In this document: one piece after another, positions 1 through 7,861 of the stretch
Layout of the letters: each line of letters begins with the position of its first letter
Numbering within the stretch: the stretch's first letter is position 1
Origin: Candidatus Udaeobacter sp.
GTDB taxonomy: Bacteria; Bacillota; Bacilli; Paenibacillales; Paenibacillaceae
Assembly: GCA_035491515.1 (NCBI GenBank)
Contig: DATJKM010000164.1
Span: 7,640 to 71,639 of the forward strand
Direction: 5' to 3'
DNA length: 64,000 nt
Made by a program: the position numbers and the translations under genes
The notes under the pieces: model-generated
The model's input: only the letters and a program-made list of their open reading frames with translations
Told to the model about the DNA's origin: nothing
Database searches by the model: none

Positions 1-36
1 TTCTTATCATAAAAGCTATTAGTTTGTCAGTTTTCT

Positions 37-615
37 TTACTCGTTCACAATCGGCGCAACCATGCGGTCGATGTACTGGTGGAATGCCTCATATTTCCGT
101 TTAACATCTCTAATTTTTTCATCGATTGGATCGGCTTCCAGAAAACCTGATGGGAAGGGGAAAATATACTTTGAATATTGAGCCCGAAGCGTTGGGTTCT
201 TCTCCGTAATGGCGACGAGTTTCATGACTCGCTTCTCCGTGAATTTCGTTTCGCCCTGATACATTTTTTCTACTTGGATGAGGACTTCCGGTAGTGTTTG
301 AGGCGGGTTGTCGTCGAGGTCGGAGAGATCATCCTCACCGGCAAGCCATTCCTTAACCGCGGCTCCCTTGCGCTTTTCTGTAAGGAGATCCCGAACACCG
401 ACACCGACGACTTCATTAATCTCTCGCAGGAGTGTTTCGTCCGGTACCGGAATTGGCGTCTCCTTGGCTGCCTCTGGCTTTTTCGGCCCGTCATTGGATG
501 AAGGCGTAGCGATCTGTGTGAACCCCAGCCTCGATGCTTCATTGAATGTGATGGCAGCTCCTACGATTATGGCTGTAATGCTGATGAACGCGATAGCTTT
601 TGTCTTGAGCTTCAC
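37..615 (-). CDS. hypothetical membrane-anchored protein
   Basis: 192-aa ORF; GTG start 5 nt after AAGGAGGG; N-terminal hydrophobic helix (AIAFISITAIIVGAAI) then Pro/acidic linker; no family recognised. Confidence 0.55.
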   Translation of the reverse strand: MKLKTKAIAFISITAIIVGAAITFNEASRLGFTQIATPSSNDGPKKPEAAKETPIPVPDETLLREINEVVGVGVRDLLTEKRKGAAVKEWLAGEDDLSDLDDNPPQTLPEVLIQVEKMYQGETKFTEKRVMKLVAITEKNPTLRAQYSKYIFPFPSGFLEADPIDEKIRDVKRKYEAFHQYIDRMVAPIVNE

Positions 616-745
616 GCGAACCCTCCTTTTAACTCTCCTTCACCTGCTCACTTCTGCAAGAGGAACAGCAACTTTCTTACAACTCTTCTTATACTAAACG
701 CTTATCAATATGATTTGTTGTATTAGACTGCCCGTTAGCTGAATA

Positions 746-843
746 AGGCTGCCGATGCATGCTGATATGCTCCCCAAATAGTAGACAGGTGAAATAATAA
801 AACCTGCTGCTATGAGGGGAGCATATCATTTCATCCGGCAGCC
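746..843. repeat. 98-nt imperfect hairpin (arms AGGCTGCCG...TGATATGCTCCCC / GGGGAGCATATCA...CGGCAGCCT)
   Basis: 9-bp and 13-bp perfect complementary blocks read directly; inner CAGGT/ACCTG stem; followed by CCTTTTGTTT on + strand. Confidence 0.6.
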
Positions 844-903
844 TCGTCCTTTTGTTTCAACTATAGTACCCGTTAGTTGAGCAGCGTGGTGATGTTGTTA
901 AAT

Positions 904-1134
904 TTAACGAATAAAACTAATCAAGACTGCTACCGCACCCATTAACACTAAAATTGAAAATACAAAGTAACCGAAGATCTTTAGAGTACGCGGCATTGAA
1001 TTTAAATCTATTTTTTTCATTGGTCCTCCACCCTCAATACTTTGAATAGAGCGAAGGTTCTCATCGACATAATTATCGTTACTGTACAAATGTTCCTTTT
1101 CGGGCTGGGTTTCATGGATGTTGTTTGTGCTCAT
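904..1134 (-). CDS. small protein with C-terminal TM helix
   Basis: Internal ATG (MSTNNIHE...) preceded by GAGAGGGGA; C-terminal IFGYFVFSILVLMGAVAVLISFI hydrophobic segment. Confidence 0.45.
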   Translation of the reverse strand: MSTNNIHETQPEKEHLYSNDNYVDENLRSIQSIEGGGPMKKIDLNSMPRTLKIFGYFVFSILVLMGAVAVLISFIR

Positions 1135-1266
1135 TCCAATTCCCCTCTCAATTCGGTTTATATGGAATATTCTACCACGCTTATGAAACTCATGTAACCC
1201 ATCAATCACCACGCTAACCTGCCAATTAGCTTAACGACACTTTCAGTACATAATATCTTATGTATC

Positions 1267-1299
1267 GAAAAAACCAGCCCCCTTAAACGGACTGGTTTA
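1267..1299 (-). terminator. Rho-independent terminator downstream of ParB-like gene
   Basis: AAACCAGYCC stem pair with T-run on minus strand. Confidence 0.55.
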
Positions 1300-1464
1300 C
1301 GCTTCGTTCATTCCACTATCGTACCCATTAGCTGAATAATCAGTTGAGAAGAAGATCCGCGCTAGTCTATATGCCTTCATTGATGCATCGATCTCTAGTC
1401 GCCAGTGGTTGTAATGCATGATGTTTCTGGAGTGTATTCGTAAATAAAGACTTTTTAAACCTAA

Positions 1465-1953
1465 TTATTTAAGGAACTCGTCGACTTTGGCTCTCATTGA
1501 GGTTATTGTCGTTTTTTTATATTGGAGTCCTAATCGGAGAACTTTTATTTTTTGAGACCGAGATAAGTTATTGAAACGTGGATCTTGTTTGAGAAATCTT
1601 TTTATAATAGACCAACTGCTTCCAACTAACCGTTCAGGTTTAACATAGGGAACATTATCAGGCAGTTTTTGCTTCCGGAAGTGGTGAATAAGCGAAGATA
1701 GCTTAGTGGAAACCTTGCTTTCATCCACCAGACATGCTACGGTATTTTTCTTAGTATGCTTTTTGAGGAAATCAAAATGATTGTGCCCGCTTATTACAAT
1801 ATAACCACCTTCTGCTTTGCTCTTACGAACAATGAGAATGTTCATGCAATCCTGGGCTGTTTTACGCAATTCCTTGATCCGTTGAGTAATTGTGATGGAC
1901 ATGCTGCCGGGTTTAATTTTGTTCAGAGGTAAATACCTTACTGTATATCTCAT
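1465..1953 (-). CDS. ParB/sulfiredoxin-like N-terminal domain protein (orphan, 162 aa)
   Basis: LPLNKIKPG...ILIVRK...GGYIVISGHNHFDFLKK pattern resembles ParB N-domain, but GxxR box reads GHNH; no ParA nearby. Confidence 0.55.
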   Translation of the reverse strand: MRYTVRYLPLNKIKPGSMSITITQRIKELRKTAQDCMNILIVRKSKAEGGYIVISGHNHFDFLKKHTKKNTVACLVDESKVSTKLSSLIHHFRKQKLPDNVPYVKPERLVGSSWSIIKRFLKQDPRFNNLSRSQKIKVLRLGLQYKKTTITSMRAKVDEFLK

Positions 1954-2053
1954 AGGTAAATTCGCCCTCCTTTTTTAACATTTATGTAGTTTATGCTGAT
2001 TCTTAGCTCTCGAACACTCTGGCTTATACGGTACCTATGCAGATGCAGACCAA

Positions 2054-2781
2054 TTGTTATTTGCAAGAGGAAATACGGTGCTCGGCACAAATGCGTTTTA
2101 TGACCGAGATACGTTTAATCCTGCCTATAAGCTGCCTTTCTCTGTTTCGCTCGGGCATATCAAACAAGACGGTGCAATTCTGCTCTATGCGGCAGAAAGC
2201 AAACCTTATGAGGATGATACGTACACCCTGTATAAATTCGATAACTTCAATACGATGAAAACGGCCATTCATAACCGGAGACATTGGCAGCGAAGCAAGT
2301 GATACAGGGCTACAAAGACGGAACCTTTAAGCCGCAAGGCTCCGTGACCCGTGCCGAGTTCGCTACGATGCTGGTGAAGGCTCTTCAAACGCCTTCCAAC
2401 AAGGGAACGTATTTTAAAGATGTGAACAAGAACGCATGGTACTTCGGTGAAGTAGCCTCGAGTGCGCGGGCCGGACTGATTAAAGGCTATACGGACGGAA
2501 TGTTCCGCCCGAATCAGATGATTACGCAGCAGGAAACGCTTGAAATTATCAATCAAGCGCTGCTGTATGGCGGCTATTAGCCGCCAAGCACAGGAACGCT
2601 GCTCAAGTTCGGCTTGCCAAGGGGCTATGATGCGTGGTCCGAGCAAGCGGTAGACCATTTGCTGCGAGAGGGAATCATCAAAGAGAATGACGAGTTCCCG
2701 ATCAATGCGGATAAGAAGTCGACGTGGGCCGAATCCGCCGAACTGATTTATCGCTTGCTGTATGTGCTCAGAAAGGTATAA
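2054..2781 (+). pseudogene. 5'-truncated, disrupted S-layer-homology (SLH) domain protein remnant
   Basis: Three SLH-like repeats (GYKDGTFKPQGSVTRAEFATMLVKAL; FKDVNKNAWYFGEVASSARAGLIKGYTDGMFRP; WSEQAVDHLLREGIIKEN). One frame change near 2284-2302 and an in-frame TAG at 2578-2580. Confidence 0.7.
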
Positions 2782-2782
2782 A

Positions 2783-2830
2783 AAATCGCCGTCTAAGTGC
2801 GCTATTATGCGTCTTAGCGGCGATTTTTTT
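2783..2830 (+). terminator. Rho-independent terminator
   Basis: AAATCGCCGTCTAAG / CTTAGCGGCGATTT stem then T7. Confidence 0.75.
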
Positions 2831-2962
2831 AGCCTGCTCCGCCCCGGCGGCATACGACCGAGAAGAACAATACAAGACACTTGCTCTGGATTCATGGCAG
2901 GCGTTTGAAAGCACCCCATCGCAACTTTTACCGTAGAGATGACACTCATGCCGGGCATACAT

Positions 2963-2992
2963 AGCAAAGCGCATGCCAATGTCGGCATGCGC
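2963..2992 (-). terminator. hairpin downstream of SRPBCC gene
   Basis: GCGCATGCC / GGCATGCGC 9-bp stem, short T tract on minus strand. Confidence 0.45.
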
Positions 2993-3013
2993 TTCTAAGG
3001 CTGCGAAAGTTTC

Positions 3014-3448
3014 TTATTCTTCTTTAGCCGTTTTCACATATTTTTTGAAATTGTCTAAAATCGCCTGCCACCCGGCTTGTTGCATCTCGACGGTGTTGGT
3101 CTCTTCTGCTTCGAACGATGTGATGATTTTCGTGTCGTTGTCTTGGCGTATAAAAAGGATCTTCACTTTTCTACCGTCGGCGATCGTATAAGAGATGCTC
3201 TCGTTAATGCTCACCTCGTCGTATACTCCGCTGAAATCAAATCCAAAGCTGCCGTCTTTGGCTTCCATTCTCGAGAGAAATTTACCGCCGACTCTCAGAT
3301 CATTCTCGGCGTATGGCGTGTGCCAGTCATCGGAAGCCTTATTCCATTGCGTGATATGCTTCGGATCTGTCCAATATTTCCACACGCTTTCGACGGGAGA
3401 ATTAACGATCGTTTCCACTGTTATCGTTACCGGATTACCTGTTCCCAT
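3014..3448 (-). CDS. SRPBCC superfamily / AHSA1 (Activator of Hsp90 ATPase homolog 1-like) domain protein
   Basis: MGTGNPVTITVETIVNSPVESVWKYWTDPKHITQWN... typical AHSA1-type fold signature; AAGGAGG upstream of the internal ATG. Confidence 0.75.
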   Translation of the reverse strand: MGTGNPVTITVETIVNSPVESVWKYWTDPKHITQWNKASDDWHTPYAENDLRVGGKFLSRMEAKDGSFGFDFSGVYDEVSINESISYTIADGRKVKILFIRQDNDTKIITSFEAEETNTVEMQQAGWQAILDNFKKYVKTAKEE

Positions 3449-3545
3449 TACATAACCTCCTTGGTGGCTAAGATACACAATTTACCTACACCTATTTTAG
3501 CATAAAGCGGCAGCTAGATTTCTTTTCGATTGCTATTATACAAAT

Positions 3546-3785
3546 CTACCCGTTAGTTGAACAAAGGTTGTCCATCTCTTCAGATGTTATCCCTTTTACC
3601 CAAGATTCAATCCGCCTTAATAATTCTGCCGTTGCTTCGAGTTTACTGATGTCGAAGTTGTGGCTGTTTAGCAGGCAGTCTGACATTAAAAACTTTACAG
3701 TAGCATTGGCGGGGTGATTTATAACTATCCTGCCATTTAGCTTACTAAACAGTAAGGAGCAGCTGCTGCGGCAACTGCTCCTCAT
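3546..3785 (-). CDS. doubtful ORF / possible gene remnant
   Basis: 79-aa ORF with no RBS and Cys/Ser-rich N-terminus; its last codons are a copy of the CCCGTTAGTTGA repeat. Confidence 0.2.
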   Translation of the reverse strand: MRSSCRSSCSLLFSKLNGRIVINHPANATVKFLMSDCLLNSHNFDISKLEATAELLRRIESWVKGITSEEMDNLCSTNG

Positions 3786-3862
3786 TGTTAAATTAATGTT
3801 CTCATTTCGTTTAATCCCTTAGTCCCCCAGAACGGTCTGCTTTCTCATCTAGTTCTCAGATA

Positions 3863-4516
3863 TTAATCTTCAAACCGCAAAGTAAAGATAAGTGCCCATT
3901 CGAGTCTGCTTAACGATTCCGGCGAGAAATCCGCAGTATGAATTTCATTGGTGCTCGTTGCTTGTATTCCCCATACATAAACAGATTCGCCAGCAATAAA
4001 TGTACGCGGTTCATTATTATAGATTAATCCTCTTGTGGTCAACTGTTTATCCCATGGAATGGTAAAGGTAGCAAGTGTTGATCCGGAGTCTTGTATTATA
4101 CCGACTTTAATCGTGTTAAATTCATCCTGTCCCTCGATGGAAACTGTTTCGATTGATATAATGACTTCGACTTCGTAACTCTCCCTAACGTCCGAACTGA
4201 AGAACAAATCGCCGATGGAGCCGGATGAAGCTGCTTTCTCTCCATTTTTCCATATATCGATATCCAATTTTGCATTTGGTTTCTTTCCTTCATAGCGTAA
4301 TTTAAATGCTCCGGACATGGCGCCTAGGAAAGGCTGAAACTTTGCTCCGTCGCCCTTGAACACGTCAACAGGTGTCAGTGTTATTTCTGCGGGTCCTTTA
4401 ACTTGTTCAAGCCCAGACGTTTCAGATTCAATTAATTGTGTACAGCCTGATGTCAACAACGCAAGCATACTTATGAACATAACTATGCCGAATATTTTAA
4501 ACTTGCTGATCATCAT
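3863..4516 (-). CDS. lipoprotein of unknown function
   Basis: Signal peptide plus lipobox LLTSGC; RBS GAGGGG upstream. Confidence 0.7.
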   Translation of the reverse strand: MMISKFKIFGIVMFISMLALLTSGCTQLIESETSGLEQVKGPAEITLTPVDVFKGDGAKFQPFLGAMSGAFKLRYEGKKPNAKLDIDIWKNGEKAASSGSIGDLFFSSDVRESYEVEVIISIETVSIEGQDEFNTIKVGIIQDSGSTLATFTIPWDKQLTTRGLIYNNEPRTFIAGESVYVWGIQATSTNEIHTADFSPESLSRLEWALIFTLRFED

Positions 4517-4790
4517 TCTTCTTCCGCCCCTCTAGAATCCATCTGTAAATCCACACTTAACGTTATTAAATCATTTAATGTTGCGCTATCCGGCCAGTCG
4601 GCTTAATGAAGCATCGGCAGTCTAAGATTTTATTTTCTCAAGTAGAAGGGGCGCTAAAATATAACCGAGCCCTCCGGCAGCGGATGAAGTTAGTTTTATG
4701 CAAGCTTCACTTAGTTTCGTGTATGTAGCATTGGCCTGAGATCTCCTATAATCGGTTTATAAAATCAAACCTTAGGAGGGCATCGATTAT

Positions 4791-6200
4791 ATGAATCATT
4801 CACCGCTATTGCTGACAGACGAGCAAATGAGGAAGTTCGTTACGGAGGGCTTTCTCATCTTAAAAACGGATTTCCCTGAAGCGTTCCACCTCGCGATGAC
4901 AGAGGAGCTTAAACGGGTTTATGACGAAGAAGGCAACCCCGGCAACAATCTGCTGCCGCGAATCCGCGAGATTCAGCAGGTATTCGACAGCCCCGTCATC
5001 ACGGGCGCATTAACGAGTGTGCTGGGACCGAATTACATGCTTCATGCGCATCGGCACGGCCATTATAATGCGATGCCTGCTGCCGGCGGCTGGCATAAGG
5101 ACAGCTACTTTGGCTACTCGCGTATGCGCAACCACCATCCATGGTGGGCGATGATCATGTATTTTCCGCAAAATACGCCGCTGGAACTTGGCCCGACAGG
5201 CATTATGCCCGGCACGCAAAATTACGAATCACGCACTTTCGTCTCCGATGAGACAGCCGGTGAAGCCTACGCCAGCGGTGCAGCAGGCACGTTCGCCCTC
5301 ATTCATTACGATATTTGGCATCGTTCGACGCCGAATGTGCTCGGCAATGCCCGCTATATGCTGAAATTCGAATTTATGCGTACAGCAGCTCCAAACGGGC
5401 CCTCTTGGGATAACCAGGCCGCGGAGTGGAAAGAGCCTGCCAGCCTTGCGCTGCCAATTGCGAGACATGAAACATTATGGGAAGAAACGTGGAATTGGCT
5501 GTCAGGCAGCGTCGGCAGCATCGCGAATTCCCGGGCAGCGGATGCTGCGAGAATTAACGAGCTTTCAAGCGCATTAGAGGATAAGTTCGAGCCGAACGCG
5601 CTGAACGCGGCATATGAGCTTGCCAGGTATGGCAAGCAGGGCGTCGCTGCTTTGCTTGCCGGACTTCACCATGAGAGCGTGAACGTATCGCGCATTTCCG
5701 CTTACGGGCTCTCGGCCGCCGGTCTGGATGCCGTCGAAGGATTGACAGCCGCGCTTGAGCATGAACGCGAAGAAACTTTATACCATGCGATATTCGCACT
5801 CGGCGAGCTGTGTCACCATGCGGGTTCTGCGCTTCCAAGACTTGTCCGTTTGTTATCCCACCCTGCCCCATCCATACGCAGCGCTGTCGCAGAAGCGCTG
5901 GGGATGATTCAGGCAGACGCTGCTGTCGCGGCCGATGGTCTAATCGCATGCTTAGCCGATGAAGATGCTCAGGTCCGTTTTACGGCTGGCCTTTCACTAT
6001 CAAAGCTCGGCTCCGCAGCTGCAGCAGCCGTTCCGGCTTTAACGGCAGCACTCGATGACGGGAACCGCTACGTACGGGCGCACGCGCTCGAAGCGCTCCG
6101 CTATATCGGCACGGAAGAAGCGAAGGATATTCTTATTAAGTCGCTGTTTAATGCGCGCTGGTGTACAACAACTACACCCGCGAATGCCTTCTATCCTTGA
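4791..6200 (+). CDS. phytanoyl-CoA dioxygenase (PhyH) family domain fused to C-terminal HEAT/PBS-lyase-like repeats
   Basis: N-terminal half has WHKDSY (HxD) and a distal IWHRS His typical of Fe(II)/2OG PhyH. C-terminal about 200 aa has repeated VRxxAxxALxxIG-type HEAT_2 units (VRFTAGLSLSKLG, VRAHALEALRYIG). Confidence 0.75.
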   Translation: MNHSPLLLTDEQMRKFVTEGFLILKTDFPEAFHLAMTEELKRVYDEEGNPGNNLLPRIREIQQVFDSPVITGALTSVLGPNYMLHAHRHGHYNAMPAAGGWHKDSYFGYSRMRNHHPWWAMIMYFPQNTPLELGPTGIMPGTQNYESRTFVSDETAGEAYASGAAGTFALIHYDIWHRSTPNVLGNARYMLKFEFMRTAAPNGPSWDNQAAEWKEPASLALPIARHETLWEETWNWLSGSVGSIANSRAADAARINELSSALEDKFEPNALNAAYELARYGKQGVAALLAGLHHESVNVSRISAYGLSAAGLDAVEGLTAALEHEREETLYHAIFALGELCHHAGSALPRLVRLLSHPAPSIRSAVAEALGMIQADAAVAADGLIACLADEDAQVRFTAGLSLSKLGSAAAAAVPALTAALDDGNRYVRAHALEALRYIGTEEAKDILIKSLFNARWCTTTTPANAFYP

Positions 6201-6214
6201 TCCCTTAAGCGCAA

Positions 6215-6256
6215 ACAAAGAACCGTCGGTTTAACAACCGCGGTTCTTTGTTTTTC
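6215..6256 (+). terminator. Rho-independent terminator
   Basis: ACAAAGAACCG / CGGTTCTTTGT stem then TTTTT. Confidence 0.7.
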
Positions 6257-6278
6257 TCATAAAAACGGAAAAAGGGAT

Positions 6279-6412
6279 TGTAAGCACAAATTGGTGCTTA
6301 CACACTACAAACGGAAGCTGCTCATTCGCTGTAAGCTCATATACGTGCTTACAGCGAGCCTTCGACCTTGTTCATACGCCGATTCCATGTTGTAAGCATT
6401 TATACGCTTGAA
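6279..6412. repeat. three tandem TGTAAGC-N8-10-GCTTACA hairpins
   Basis: Copies at 6279-6302, 6329-6354 and 6391-6412 (third degenerate), between two convergent genes. Confidence 0.65.
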
Positions 6413-6425
6413 GAAAAACACTTCC

Positions 6426-7253
6426 CTATTTTAACGAAAGCTCCCGATACTCACTTGGCGACAGCGCCGCGTACTCCTTAAAGAGCCGCGAGAAATAAGT
6501 CGCATCCATGCCCAGTGATTCGGCCACTGCCGAAATGCTCATAGATGTGAAGGAGAGAAGCTGTCTCGCCTTGTCCATGCGCTTGCGGTTCACATATTGA
6601 ATGGGCGAGAGCCCGGTCGTATTTTTGAACATGCGTATGAAATAATTGGGGTGAAAATGCACCAGCTGCGCCAGCGTGTCTACCGTAATATTTTCGGAAA
6701 GATGTTCCTCGATATAAGTCAGCACGACATTCATCTTCTCGAACGAGCTTGTCGCTGGCGTATTGATCGTAACCCGCTCGGTTTGCTTCAAAAACATCGC
6801 CATAATCTCGAGAAAGACAGCCTGGACATTCAGATCCGCCGTCCAATCCCCGCTCTTGTGATGATACATGAGACGCTCGAATTTATCCTTAAGCGCCGGA
6901 TGATCGGATACCGTCAGCATGACAGGCATCTCAAGCACTTGAAACAGGTTGAAATTGCCCAGCTTCGCCGTGAAATGGCACCAATATTTGCCGAAAGTGT
7001 TCGAGTTGATCGTGCCGTAGGATTGGATCACATCCGCAGGCATCAAACATAGATCGCCTGCCTTCGGATAAAATGTACGGTTTCCAACCTTAATAAAGCC
7101 TTCGCCCTCTTGGATATAATAAAGCTTATTTACATCGGGCATGTAATCCTCGTCATTCCACGAAAGGGGTACCTTCGTATATTCAACTACGGCCACATGC
7201 AGCTGCAAGCCGGACAAATAGGACTTCCAAAATGTTCTCATGCCAGCGTCCAC
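6426..7253 (-). CDS. AraC family transcriptional regulator (cupin sensor + HTH_18)
   Basis: C-terminal AraC HTH (FHPNYFIRMFKNTTGLSPIQY...SEYR). Confidence 0.85.
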   Translation of the reverse strand: MDAGMRTFWKSYLSGLQLHVAVVEYTKVPLSWNDEDYMPDVNKLYYIQEGEGFIKVGNRTFYPKAGDLCLMPADVIQSYGTINSNTFGKYWCHFTAKLGNFNLFQVLEMPVMLTVSDHPALKDKFERLMYHHKSGDWTADLNVQAVFLEIMAMFLKQTERVTINTPATSSFEKMNVVLTYIEEHLSENITVDTLAQLVHFHPNYFIRMFKNTTGLSPIQYVNRKRMDKARQLLSFTSMSISAVAESLGMDATYFSRLFKEYAALSPSEYRELSLK

Positions 7254-7282
7254 CGCTATTCCCGCCTTCCAAGCCTGCTGGT

Positions 7283-7756
7283 TTACCGTGACAAATAGCT
7301 TCGCAGCACGGACGTAAGCAAATCATGATCCTCTTGATCCGGCAATCCGGATACAGTGATCGTTCCGATCTGCCCTTCTCCCTCCACAATAAGCGGGAAC
7401 GCCCCTCCCGCTCCTACATAATCCGCGATTGGAAGCCCATACTTCTCCTCCATCGTCGTTCCTTCGCTGCGCAGCCTGCAGGCTGTATGCCAAGAGCTAG
7501 TCCCAAAGTGATTCGCAACATTATTTTTGCGCCGGATCCAATTCTCGTTCTCTACAGTAGTACCTTCCATCGCATGCAAAAATAACCGCTGTCCCGCCCG
7601 CGTAATATCTACCGTTATGCGCTGGCCGTTCCGCCGCGCTTCCTCCACGATCGCTAAACCTAATTCCAAAGCGTTCTCATTCGTAAACGACTGAAACCGC
7701 AGCTCCTGTTCTTCCTGTTCCATCTGCTGCAAACGTTGATTGATGTTTAGCGTCAT
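7283..7756 (-). CDS. UPF0303 / heme-degrading-domain (GlcG-like) protein
   Basis: 157 aa; GAGGAFPL...GTITVSGLPDQEDH motif typical of the family. Confidence 0.7.
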   Translation of the reverse strand: MTLNINQRLQQMEQEEQELRFQSFTNENALELGLAIVEEARRNGQRITVDITRAGQRLFLHAMEGTTVENENWIRRKNNVANHFGTSSWHTACRLRSEGTTMEEKYGLPIADYVGAGGAFPLIVEGEGQIGTITVSGLPDQEDHDLLTSVLRSYLSR

Positions 7757-7861
7757 TTTTGCCTTAGCTCCCCTTTACCGCCCATAGTAAAAGATGCAAC
7801 CGGCATCTTTATATCATCATCTTATCTCTTATCCTTTTACTTGCCAACAATCCCTGCTTGA

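Noticed and set aside
1465-1953. Plasmid/prophage partition locus or integrated mobile element at the left end
   Set aside because: There is no ParA, integrase, transposase, replication or phage structural gene anywhere in the window, and only a single small ParB-like ORF.
2269-2988. 239-aa minus-strand ORF overlapping the SLH remnant
   Set aside because: It is antisense to clearly recognisable SLH repeats, has an Arg/Leu/Cys-rich unnatural composition, and runs through a terminator hairpin.
6279-6412. cre (CcpA) sites, because the arms are TGTAAGC/GCTTACA
   Set aside because: The half-sites are separated by 6-10 nt loops instead of being contiguous (TGWAANCGNTNWCA). They also lie at the 3' ends of both neighbouring genes.
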